Shown here piece by piece: positions 17,679-25,680 of a DNA stretch of 39,764 bases. The stretch lies in NCBI GenBank assembly GCA_937967345.1, contig CALBTN010000104.1, positions 1 through 39,764 of the forward strand, written 5' to 3'. Position numbers and translations under genes: made by a program. Every line of letters starts with the position of its first letter. Position 1 is the stretch's first letter. Source of the stretch: an uncultured Rubrivivax sp. (GTDB lineage: Bacteria > Pseudomonadota > Gammaproteobacteria > Burkholderiales > Burkholderiaceae_C). A model generated the notes under the pieces. The model was not told the DNA's origin, made no database searches, and was given only the letters and a program-made list of their open reading frames with translations.

Positions 17679-19268
17679 TCAACTGCCGGGTTCGGCCAGC
17701 ACCGCGCCCGGCTGCGGCTGCGCCGCAGCGCGCGGCAGACGCAGGCTGAGCAGCAGCGCCAGCGCCACCAGCGCCGCCAGCACGATGCCGACGTTGCTCA
17801 AGGCGGCATCCAGCCCCTCGGCGCTGGCGCGCTGCACCAGATCCTTGGCATCGACGCCGGCCGCAGCCAGCTTGTCGACCACTTCGGCCGGCAACTGCCG
17901 CGCGCGCCCACCGGCCGCGGTGGCGAGCTGGTCGAGCGTGGCCGCGTCCAGCCCCAGCGCCGCGGCCTGGCGCTGCAGCGCCTCGCGCGAGCGCAGCGCC
18001 AGCGTCACGCCGAATACCGCCAGCGCGGTGGATGAGCCGGTGGGGTTGCCCAGGTCGCGGAACATGCTGAACATGCCGGTGCCGGTGCCCATCTTCTCGG
18101 GCGGCACCGCGCCGAAGGCCATCTTCATCACCGCCGGCGAGTTCACGCCCATCGTCAGGCCCAGCACCAGCACCACGGCGATGATCACCCACAGCGGCGT
18201 GCGCGCGTCGATCGCCAGCAGCATCAGCACGCCGGCCAGCGTGCCGGCCAGCGCCGCGATGCTGATGGTGCGCGGGTCATAGCGGTCGACCCAGCGCCCG
18301 GCGATCGGCGCGCTGACCAGGCCGCCGCCGTACAGGAACAGCGTGACGAAGCCGAACTGCGACGCGCTGCCACCGGGCCGGTTGTTGACGAAGAAGGCCA
18401 GCGAATAGACCACGCCGCTGAAGCACAGCATGTGCAGCCAGTAGATCGCCGACGGCAGCGCGAACGCCGGCCGGCGCAGGATCTGCACGTCGACCACCGG
18501 CGCGGCGGCCGTCTTGCCATGGCGCCACAGCAGCGCGAGGCTGGCCAAGCCGACGATCACGATGACCCAGGTCAGCGGCGAGCGCGCGCCGAAGTTGGTG
18601 GCCCAGGTGGGCAGCGACAGCAGCGCGGCGATGGTCAGGAACAGCAGCACGGCGCCGACGAAGTCGAAGGGTGCGGCCTGCGCCGCCGGCTTGATCTCGG
18701 GCACCAGCAGCCGCACCGGCAGCAGGCCGATCAGCGCCAGCGCGCCGCTGATCCAGTACACGCTGGGCCAGCCGAAGCGGTCGATCAGCAGCCCGCCGAG
18801 CAGCCCGCCGCTGGTGGCGCCGAAGGTCATGGTCGCGGTCAGGATGCCCAGCGCCATGCCGCGGCGCTCCTGCGGGAACAGGTAGGTGACGTAGGCGAAC
18901 ACGCTGGGCAGGATGCAGGCCACACCGAAGCCCTGCACGAAGCGCGCGGCGATGAACACCGTGAAGCTGGGCGCGAAGGCGGCGGCGAATTCGGACGCGG
19001 CAAAGATCACCAGGCCGAAGCTGAGCACCTTGCGCCGCCCGTTCAGATCACCGTAGCGCCCCATGATCGGCGCCAGCACGGTCAGCCCGAGAAAGTAGAA
19101 CACCAGGATCAGCGCCGCCAGCGTCACCGGGATACCGAAGTGGCGCGTGATGCTGGGCAGTGCCGGCGCCTGGAAGGCCGCGGCCTCGATCGTGATGAAG
19201 GTGCCGAACAGCAGCGCGGTGTAGATGGTCCAGGGGTTGCGCGTGCTGGTGCCCGTGCTCGTGGTCAA
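17679..19268 (-). CDS. MFS transporter (DHA2/EmrB-QacA type, ~14 TM)
   Basis: ALPSI, MGRYGDLNGRRK (motif A), ARFVQGFG, FPQERRGMALG, GGLLIDRFGWP and FDFVGAVL. Likely TTG start at 19268 after GGAGAAGG, overlapping the upstream stop (TTGA). Confidence 0.93.
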   Translation of the reverse strand: MTTSTGTSTRNPWTIYTALLFGTFITIEAAAFQAPALPSITRHFGIPVTLAALILVFYFLGLTVLAPIMGRYGDLNGRRKVLSFGLVIFAASEFAAAFAPSFTVFIAARFVQGFGVACILPSVFAYVTYLFPQERRGMALGILTATMTFGATSGGLLGGLLIDRFGWPSVYWISGALALIGLLPVRLLVPEIKPAAQAAPFDFVGAVLLFLTIAALLSLPTWATNFGARSPLTWVIVIVGLASLALLWRHGKTAAAPVVDVQILRRPAFALPSAIYWLHMLCFSGVVYSLAFFVNNRPGGSASQFGFVTLFLYGGGLVSAPIAGRWVDRYDPRTISIAALAGTLAGVLMLLAIDARTPLWVIIAVVLVLGLTMGVNSPAVMKMAFGAVPPEKMGTGTGMFSMFRDLGNPTGSSTALAVFGVTLALRSREALQRQAAALGLDAATLDQLATAAGGRARQLPAEVVDKLAAAGVDAKDLVQRASAEGLDAALSNVGIVLAALVALALLLSLRLPRAAAQPQPGAVLAEPGS

Positions 19269-21304
19269 GAGGCCTTCTCCTGCACTGGCGCCGGCGTTGA
19301 CGCATCGGGCAGCGCCTCGGCCACCAACTCGGCGATGTCGAAAACACGGCGCGGGCCGTCGCTGGGCACGCTGGACTGCAGCATCAGCAGACAAAACGAG
19401 CACGAGGTGGCGATCTTCTTCGCCCCGGTGTCCAGCGCTTCCTTGGTGCGCACGTCGTTGATGCGCTGGGTGCCGGGTTTGCTGCGCGCCCAGTAGTTGC
19501 ACCCGCCCGCGCCGCAGCACATGCTGTCCTTGCGGTTGCGCGGCATCTCGATCAGGCTGCCGATCGACTCGAGCACGCGGCGCGGCTCGTCGACGATGTC
19601 GTTGTGCCGCGCCAGATAGCACGGATCGTGGAAGGTGATCGACTCGGCCGCGTCGCGCGCCACCTGCAGCCGGCCGTCGGCGATCAACTGCTCGATCAGC
19701 ACCGAGTGCGGCGTCGTCTGCCAGTCAGCGCCCAGCTCGGGGTAGTAGCGGTCGAAGCTGTTGAAGCAGTGCGCGCACAGCGTGATCACCTTCTGGATCT
19801 TGCGCTCCTGGAAGGCCTCGATGTTGTCGCGCGCCATGTCGACGAACTGCATCTCGTTGCCGCCCATCTTGGCCGGGTCGCCGGTGCAGCGCGCTTCGCC
19901 CAGGATGCCGAAGGACACGCCGGCGGCATTGAGGATGCGCACCATCGCGCGCGCCACCTGCTGCGCGCTTTCCTCGTAGCGCACCGCGCAGCCGATCCAC
20001 AGCAGGTATTCGGTGGTGCCGGCCTCGAACAGCGGCACGTCCAGGCCCTTGTGCCAGTCGTCGGGGTTGGCCGCGGTGCCGACGAAGGCGTGGCCGCGCG
20101 ACTCGAGGTTGCGGTTCATCGCCGCCAGCGTGTCGGGCATCTCCGAGCGTTCCAGCACCAGATGGCGGCGGAACTCGAGGATGGCCTCGGCCGGGCTGTT
20201 GCTGACCGGGCATGCCTCGACGCAGGCGGCGCAGGTGGTGCAGTCGAAGATCGCCTCGGCGCCGATGTCGTCGATCAGCTGCGCGTCGTCGGCGCGGCCT
20301 TCGCGCAGGTAGGCCGCGCCGGTCATCATCACCTGCTTGGGCGACAGCGCCTTGCCGGTCTGCGCCGCCGGGCAGACCTCGTGGCAGCGGCCGCAGCCCA
20401 CACACGCCTCGAAGTCGAGCAGCACCTTGCCCTGGAAGTCGGCCAGCTTGGCCGCGCCGAGCACGGCGTTGTCGTCGTCGAAGTCGATCGGCGGCATCTG
20501 GATGCCCGAGCGGCGCCGCGCCAGCGCCGAGTTGGCCGGCCCGACCAGCAGGTGCGACATCGGCGTCCAGCCGATCAGCGCGATGAAGGCCAGGCCGAGC
20601 AGGCCGTGGCCCCACCACATCAGCATGTTGCCGGTGCCCAGCGCGGCCACGTCCATGCCCGACAGCAAGCGCCCCAGCGCCGCGCCCAGGAACTCGCCGC
20701 CGCGGTTCTGCCCGGGGATCGCCAGGCGGAAGGCCTCGGTGACGAAGCCGGCGACGATCGTGGCCAGCAGCAGCGCTTCCATCGGCGTGAAGCCGCGGCG
20801 CTCGCCGCCGACCAGCAGCCGCGGCAGCCTGGAGGCGCGGCGCACCAGGAAGAAGGCCGCGCCCAGCAGCATCGCGATGCCGGCGAACTCGCGGCCCCAG
20901 CGCGTCAGCCAGCTGACCCAGGCGGCGTCGTAGACATCGACGCCGAACAGCTCCAAGCCATAAGCGGCATGGCCGAGGATGGCGACGATGGCGCCGAAGA
21001 ACAGCAGCGCGTGCGCGGTGCCGGCCACCGGGCGCTTCCACAAGCGCTCGGTGAAGACCGCGCGCTGCACGAAGGCCTTGGCGTTGAAGGGCCGGCCCAG
21101 CGCCAGCGGCTGGGCGTCGGGGTCGGACGCGGCGTTGCCTTCATCGTCCTTAGCACCTTCACCCTCTTCAGCCGCCCCACCGGGTGTGGCGCGGCCGGCG
21201 GCGATGCGCGCAAGGCGGCGGCGCAGGCCCAGCGCCAGGCCGGCCAGCGCGCCGACGATCAGCAGCCCGAGCAGGGCATAGCTGAGGGCGGAGGGCGAAT
21301 ACAT
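19265..21304 (-). CDS. Membrane Fe-S oxidoreductase, FadF/EtfD/EMO type (NarI-like TM domain, 2x[4Fe-4S], CCG domains)
   Basis: TM helices with His (AHALLFFG, WWGHGLLG, MSHLL). Ferredoxin motifs CVGCGRCHEVCP and CTTCAACVEACP. CCG/HdrD-type motifs WIGC, CTGD, CAHCF, HDPCYL, CCGAGG and SCSFC. Confidence 0.92.
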   Translation of the reverse strand: MYSPSALSYALLGLLIVGALAGLALGLRRRLARIAAGRATPGGAAEEGEGAKDDEGNAASDPDAQPLALGRPFNAKAFVQRAVFTERLWKRPVAGTAHALLFFGAIVAILGHAAYGLELFGVDVYDAAWVSWLTRWGREFAGIAMLLGAAFFLVRRASRLPRLLVGGERRGFTPMEALLLATIVAGFVTEAFRLAIPGQNRGGEFLGAALGRLLSGMDVAALGTGNMLMWWGHGLLGLAFIALIGWTPMSHLLVGPANSALARRRSGIQMPPIDFDDDNAVLGAAKLADFQGKVLLDFEACVGCGRCHEVCPAAQTGKALSPKQVMMTGAAYLREGRADDAQLIDDIGAEAIFDCTTCAACVEACPVSNSPAEAILEFRRHLVLERSEMPDTLAAMNRNLESRGHAFVGTAANPDDWHKGLDVPLFEAGTTEYLLWIGCAVRYEESAQQVARAMVRILNAAGVSFGILGEARCTGDPAKMGGNEMQFVDMARDNIEAFQERKIQKVITLCAHCFNSFDRYYPELGADWQTTPHSVLIEQLIADGRLQVARDAAESITFHDPCYLARHNDIVDEPRRVLESIGSLIEMPRNRKDSMCCGAGGCNYWARSKPGTQRINDVRTKEALDTGAKKIATSCSFCLLMLQSSVPSDGPRRVFDIAELVAEALPDASTPAPVQEKAS

Positions 21305-21379
21305 CGATGCAGCGGGGTCGGTGAAGGGCGCGAGGCGCCGGGCCCAGCGCCGCGCTCGCGCGCGGCGGCGAAGGCTCGG

Positions 21380-22573
21380 TCAGCGCTTGAGGATAGCCGC
21401 AGTGGCGTTGCCGCCCAGGCCGTTGGTCTGCGCCAGCCCGACGCGCGCATTGGGCACCTGGCGCGCGCCGGCCTGGCCGCGCAGCTGCCAGGTCAGCTCG
21501 GCGATCTGGAATACGCCCATCGCGGTGGTGGCCTCGCCGAAGGAGACGAAGCCGCCCGAGGGGTTGATCGGCATGCGCCCGGTGGGCGTGGTCTGGCCGG
21601 CTTCGAGCAGCCGCTCGGCTTCGCCCACGTCGCACAGCCCCCATTCCTCGGGGAAGGCCAGCTCGTAGTAGCAGGTGTTGTCCTGCAGCTCGGTGAAGCT
21701 CAGCTCGCGCGGGCCGATGCCCGACTGTTCGAAGGCGCGCATCACCGCGGCCTTGGCTTCGGTGTGGAACCCATGCCCGGCCGCCACCGGGCCGGCCAGA
21801 CTGCGCGGCAGCGCGTCGTCGAAGCCGATGGTGGCCACCGTGCTGGCCGCAACCGTCACCGGCTGGGTGGTGAAGCGCCGCGCCGTCGCGCCCGAGCAGA
21901 TCACTGCGGCGGCAGCGCCGTTGGACACCGGGCAGATCTCGAACAGCCGCAGCGGGTCGCTCACGTACGGAGAAGCCAGCACCTCTTGCAGGCTGACTTC
22001 GCTGCGAAAACGCGCGTAAGGGTTGCCCACCGCGTTCTTGCGCGCCTTGACCGTGACCTTGGCGAACTGTTCTTCGGTGGTGCCGTGCTCGTGCATGCGC
22101 CGGCGTGCCAGCGCGGCCCAGAACGCCGGGCCGGGCATGCCGACGCAGCGCTGGCGCAGGTATTCGGGGTCGTTGGGGTCGGCCACGCCGCTGGTCTGGA
22201 TCATGCCCTTGGGCATGACCTCGCCGCCGACCACCAGCACCATGTCGTGCAGCCCGCCGGCCACCAGCGAATAACCGATGTTGAAGGCGTTGCCGCCGGC
22301 CGAGCAGCCGGCCGACAGGTTGTAGACCGGGATGCCGGTATTGCCGAAGTCCTCGACGACGTCGTTGCCGTTCAGGCCCCAGCCCTTGCCGCCGGAAAAG
22401 CGCGAACTCGCCGCCGCCACCGCCTGGATCTGGCGCCACGACACGCCGGCATCGTGCAGCGCAGCTTCGACCGCGCTGCGGCACAGCTCGGTCACCGACT
22501 TGTGGCCGACGACCGCATCGCCGGTCTTGCCGAAGCGGTGCATGCCCACACCGAGAACCACGACTTCCTGCAT
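21380..22573 (-). CDS. SCP2-type thiolase / lipid-transfer-protein-like enzyme
   Basis: VLGVGMHRFGK, AGCSAGG, GGEVMPKG, ICPVSNGAAA, INPSGG and WQLRGQAGARQV. Start at ATG 22573. Confidence 0.92.
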   Translation of the reverse strand: MQEVVVLGVGMHRFGKTGDAVVGHKSVTELCRSAVEAALHDAGVSWRQIQAVAAASSRFSGGKGWGLNGNDVVEDFGNTGIPVYNLSAGCSAGGNAFNIGYSLVAGGLHDMVLVVGGEVMPKGMIQTSGVADPNDPEYLRQRCVGMPGPAFWAALARRRMHEHGTTEEQFAKVTVKARKNAVGNPYARFRSEVSLQEVLASPYVSDPLRLFEICPVSNGAAAAVICSGATARRFTTQPVTVAASTVATIGFDDALPRSLAGPVAAGHGFHTEAKAAVMRAFEQSGIGPRELSFTELQDNTCYYELAFPEEWGLCDVGEAERLLEAGQTTPTGRMPINPSGGFVSFGEATTAMGVFQIAELTWQLRGQAGARQVPNARVGLAQTNGLGGNATAAILKR

Positions 22574-22641
22574 GGAGGTCACCCTTTCAGTTAGTCCGCC
22601 GCACTTCGCGCGGCCCGCGATGTATGAAACGGCCAACAGCC

Positions 22642-22735
22642 TTCACCGCAGAGGAACGGAGTGACACAGAGGTACGCAGAGTTGAAACTGAACTCCTCTG
22701 CGCAAACTCTGCGTCCTCCATTCCTCTGCGGTGAA
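22642..22735. repeat. ~94 bp imperfect palindromic (REP/MITE-like) element with arms built of CGCAGAG-type units
   Basis: Left arm TTCACCGCAGAGGAACGGAGTGACACAGAGGTACGCAGAG; reverse complement of right arm TTCACCGCAGAGGAATGGAGGACGCAGAGTTTGCGCAGAG. The terminal 15 bp match perfectly. Confidence 0.85.
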
Positions 22736-22752
22736 TGCATTCGAATTGCACT

Positions 22753-23178
22753 TCAGATGCGCTTGAACTTCCACGAGGTCACGGCCTTGCCGTCCTCGTG
22801 GAACAACGGGGCGACGACCAGCTCGACGCGGCAGCCCACGTCTACCTCGCCGACGCCGTCGACCATCTGGCCGACCACGCGCAACCCGGCGTCGAGGTCG
22901 ACCACGCCGATGACGTAGGGCTTGAACGGCTCGTCGTAGCGGTGCGGCGGCGGCGGCGCGAAGTTGGCCACCGAATAACTCCACAAGGTGCCCTGGCCGC
23001 CGAAGCGGCAGGGCTGCAGATCCGACGCGGCGCAATCGGGGTTGCGGCAGTGTGACGGCGCCGGAAAGTACGGTGTGCCGCAGCCGCGGCAACGCGCGCC
23101 CAGCAGCGCGGCGCCGCCGTCTTCGGTGCCCCCCTCGGTAAACAGCCCCGGCACGCAGGCTTCGCGCACGGCAGCCAT
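22753..23178 (-). CDS. DUF35 / ChsH2-C-like Zn-ribbon + OB-fold acyl-CoA-binding protein
   Basis: LLGARCRGCGTPYFP...CRNPDC, GTLWSYS and PYVIGVVDL..GLRVVGQ. ATG 23178 lies 2 nt after the etfA stop. Confidence 0.92.
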   Translation of the reverse strand: MAAVREACVPGLFTEGGTEDGGAALLGARCRGCGTPYFPAPSHCRNPDCAASDLQPCRFGGQGTLWSYSVANFAPPPPHRYDEPFKPYVIGVVDLDAGLRVVGQMVDGVGEVDVGCRVELVVAPLFHEDGKAVTSWKFKRI

Positions 23179-23180
23179 GC

Positions 23181-24128
23181 TCAGCCCCTTGCCGCGCGGA
23201 TCAGCTCGGGCAGCAGCTCCACGCAGTCGCCGACCACGCCGTAGCGCGCGTAGCGGAAGATCGACGCGTCGGGGTCCTTGTTGATCGCGATGATGGTCTT
23301 GGCCGCCGAGCAGCCGGCCATGTGCTGGCTGGCACCCGAGATGCCCACCGCCACGTACAGCCCCGGACGCGTGATCTTGCCGGTCAGGCCCACCTGGCGC
23401 GACGAGTCGATCCAGCCGTCGTCGACGATGGCGCGCGAGCCGCCCCACATGCCGCCCAGCGCATCGGCCATCTGCTTGACCAGCTCGAAGTTCTCCTTCT
23501 TGCCCAGGCCGCGGCCGCCGGAGACGATGACTTCCGCGTCCTCCAGCCGCTGGCCCTGCGCCACCGGCGCCGACACCACTTCGAAGCCGGCGCGCGCGGC
23601 ACCGGCTTCGACGCTGACGCGCTGCGTGCTCACCGCCACCGGCGTGGCCAGCGGGGCATCGTGCAGCGTCGTCGTCACCACCGACACCACGTTGCGCGGC
23701 GCCTTCAGCTCGTACTCCACCTGCGTGTCGCCACCATACGCGCTGGCCTGCGCCAGCAGCCCGGCGCCGCCGGGTTGCAGCTCGAAGACGTTGGCCACCA
23801 CCGCCGCGCCAATGCGCGCGGCCAGGCGCGGCGCCACCGCACGCGCCAGCACCGTCTGGTTGACCAGGACGGTGTCGGCCGGGTGCTGCGCGCAGTAGGC
23901 GGCGAAGACCGCCACCAGCGCATCGGCGCCCTTGGGTGCGGCGTCGAGCACATCGAGCCGCTGCACGCCGTGGCTGGCCGCCAGCGGCGCGGCCGCGGCT
24001 TCGAGCGCGGCCGGGACGGCCCAGCGCAGTTCGGCGCTCTGGGCCGCGGCCAGCCGCGAGGCCAGCGTCAGCGCTTCGGCGGTGCCCCCTTCGAGGGTGT
24101 CGCCCCAGGACAGCAAGACGATCGTCAT
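23181..24128 (-). CDS. etfA: Electron transfer flavoprotein alpha subunit
   Basis: LEDAEVIVSGGRGLG, GGSRAIVD, RQVGLTGK, GISGASQHMAG and AINKDPDASIF. ATG 24128 follows an AAGGAG RBS. Confidence 0.95.
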   Translation of the reverse strand: MTIVLLSWGDTLEGGTAEALTLASRLAAAQSAELRWAVPAALEAAAAPLAASHGVQRLDVLDAAPKGADALVAVFAAYCAQHPADTVLVNQTVLARAVAPRLAARIGAAVVANVFELQPGGAGLLAQASAYGGDTQVEYELKAPRNVVSVVTTTLHDAPLATPVAVSTQRVSVEAGAARAGFEVVSAPVAQGQRLEDAEVIVSGGRGLGKKENFELVKQMADALGGMWGGSRAIVDDGWIDSSRQVGLTGKITRPGLYVAVGISGASQHMAGCSAAKTIIAINKDPDASIFRYARYGVVGDCVELLPELIRAARG

Positions 24129-24479
24129 TGTTCGCGCTCCTTGAATTCTTGCGGCTGTTCTATCGGCTATCGGGCCTCGGCGCGGCGCGATCGCGCGGTG
24201 TGCCGGGCACGGTGAAAGTCTATTGAGCCACCCCGCCGCCAAGGCAATGCAGGCGAGTCGTTCCGGGCCATTGCCATATCAATGACGGACAGCGCCGCCG
24301 CGCGTTCTTCACCGCAAATCAGCTGTCCCGATCTGCGATGACTGAGGCCAGATCCGCACCCCTTGCCGCGGCCGCGCGCAAAGGCCGCTGGCTAGACTGG
24401 CCCGAACCCAAGGCAGCACCGCTCGGTGCGTGCCGCGGCGCAGGCGCAGCGGCACCACGAGCCCCCATCGAGGACAAGC
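24129..24479. promoter_or_regulatory. Divergent promoter region with palindrome CATTG-N6-CAATG (24269-24284)
   Basis: Non-coding gap between divergent etfA and ACAD starts. A TAGACT -10-like hexamer occurs on each strand. No cognate regulator is in the window. Confidence 0.4.
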
Positions 24480-25661
24480 ATGGACTTCGAGTTTTCGCCC
24501 CGCGAACAAGACTTCTTGCGCGAGGTCGACCAGTTCCTGAAGGAGCACCACGACCCCAAGGTCATGGACGTCACCCGCGAGAACATGGCGCAGGTGTGCG
24601 ACACGCCCGAGCGCCGTGCCTTCATGAAAAAGCTCGCCGCACGCGGCTGGCTGGGCATCACCTGGCCCAAGGCGGTGGGCGGGCAGGATGGCGAAGGCTT
24701 CTACGAGTTCTTGCTCAACGAGAAGCTGTCGTCGGTGGGCGCGCCGCAGATCGGCAAGGGCGTGGGCATCATCGGCAAGACGCTGATCCGCGTCGGCAAC
24801 GCCAAGCTCAAGGCCGAGTTCCTGCCGAAGATCCTCGACGCGTCGGTGGAGTTTGCGGTCGGCTATTCGGAGCCCAGCGCCGGTTCGGACTCGGCGGCGA
24901 TGAAGCTCAAGGCCGAGCGCCGCGGCGACAGCTGGGTGCTGAATGGCCAAAAGGTGTTCACCACCTCGGCGCACTTCGCCGACTGGTACTGGGTGGGCGC
25001 ACGCACCGACCCGCAAGCACCCAAGCACCACGGCATCTCGCTGTTCCTGGTGCGCATGGACGACCCGGGGCTGACGATCCAGCCGATGTACACCATGGGC
25101 AACGAGCGCACCAACGCGGTGTTCTTCGACAACGTGGTGGTGCACGACGACTACCGCGTCGGCGAGCTGAACAAGGGCTTCCAGTACATCGCCGAGGCGC
25201 TGGACATCGAGCGCTTCTCGATGTTCACCTTCGCGCCGATCCGCGGCCGCATGGAGCTGCTGTGCGACTACGTGCGCAGCGCCAAGCGCGACGGCAAGCC
25301 GCTGCGCGACGACCCGGTGATCCGCCAGCGCATCGCGCAGCTGGCCACCGAATGCGAGGTCGCGCGGCTGCTGGGCATCAAGTTCGTCGACGCCGCGCTC
25401 AACAGCAGCAAGACGCCCACCGTCGAGGCGTCCGAATACAAGCTGTACGCCACCGAGCTGTCGCGCCGCATCGCCGACGCCACGATGGACATCGTCGGCC
25501 CCGGTGCGCAGCTGGCGCTGGGCACCGAGGACGCACCGCTGCGCGGGCGCGCCGAGAGCTGCTACACCTACACCGTGATCGACACCATCGGCGGCGGCTC
25601 GTCGGAGGTGCAGCGCAACATCATCGCCAAGCGCAAGCTCGATCTGCCGAAGAACTTCTGA
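24480..25661 (+). CDS. Acyl-CoA dehydrogenase (FadE26/29-like subunit)
   Basis: GWLGITWP, GYSEPSAGSD, WVLNGQKVFTT, KHHGISLFLV, VFFDNV and TIGGGSSEVQRNIIA. ATG 24480 follows GAGGA. Confidence 0.95.
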   Translation: MDFEFSPREQDFLREVDQFLKEHHDPKVMDVTRENMAQVCDTPERRAFMKKLAARGWLGITWPKAVGGQDGEGFYEFLLNEKLSSVGAPQIGKGVGIIGKTLIRVGNAKLKAEFLPKILDASVEFAVGYSEPSAGSDSAAMKLKAERRGDSWVLNGQKVFTTSAHFADWYWVGARTDPQAPKHHGISLFLVRMDDPGLTIQPMYTMGNERTNAVFFDNVVVHDDYRVGELNKGFQYIAEALDIERFSMFTFAPIRGRMELLCDYVRSAKRDGKPLRDDPVIRQRIAQLATECEVARLLGIKFVDAALNSSKTPTVEASEYKLYATELSRRIADATMDIVGPGAQLALGTEDAPLRGRAESCYTYTVIDTIGGGSSEVQRNIIAKRKLDLPKNF

Positions 25662-25680
25662 TCGGCGACCAGGCAGCGGC

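Noticed and set aside
17679-19622. Long N-terminal extensions in the ORF track (MFS from 19622, Mo subunit from 35985, cofC from 9392, etfB from 6306, FecR from 14948, DUF35 from 23448)
   Set aside because: They overlap upstream genes. Internal starts with an RBS or stop-start overlap fit the family N-termini better.
21347-21366. GC hairpin CGCCGCGC-TCGC-GCGCGGCG between the thiolase and oxidoreductase genes, and similar hairpins near 7370 and 34880
   Set aside because: Short GC-only stems are expected by chance at this GC content, and none has a U-tract.
19604-22594. 996-aa + strand ORF, and similar giants (27344-30286, 12141-15068, 36264-38753, 10345-12636, 1632-3545)
   Set aside because: These are antisense shadows of well-supported genes. 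High GC3 suppresses stops on the opposite strand, and the translations have no motifs.
22642-22735. CGCAGAG repeats as a CRISPR array or tRNA
   Set aside because: The units are 9-10 nt, arranged as an inverted pair with no spacers and no cas genes; no cloverleaf is evident.
24271-24282. TTGCCATATCAA as a second FNR box
   Set aside because: The spacing is 2 bp too short and the left half-site mismatches.
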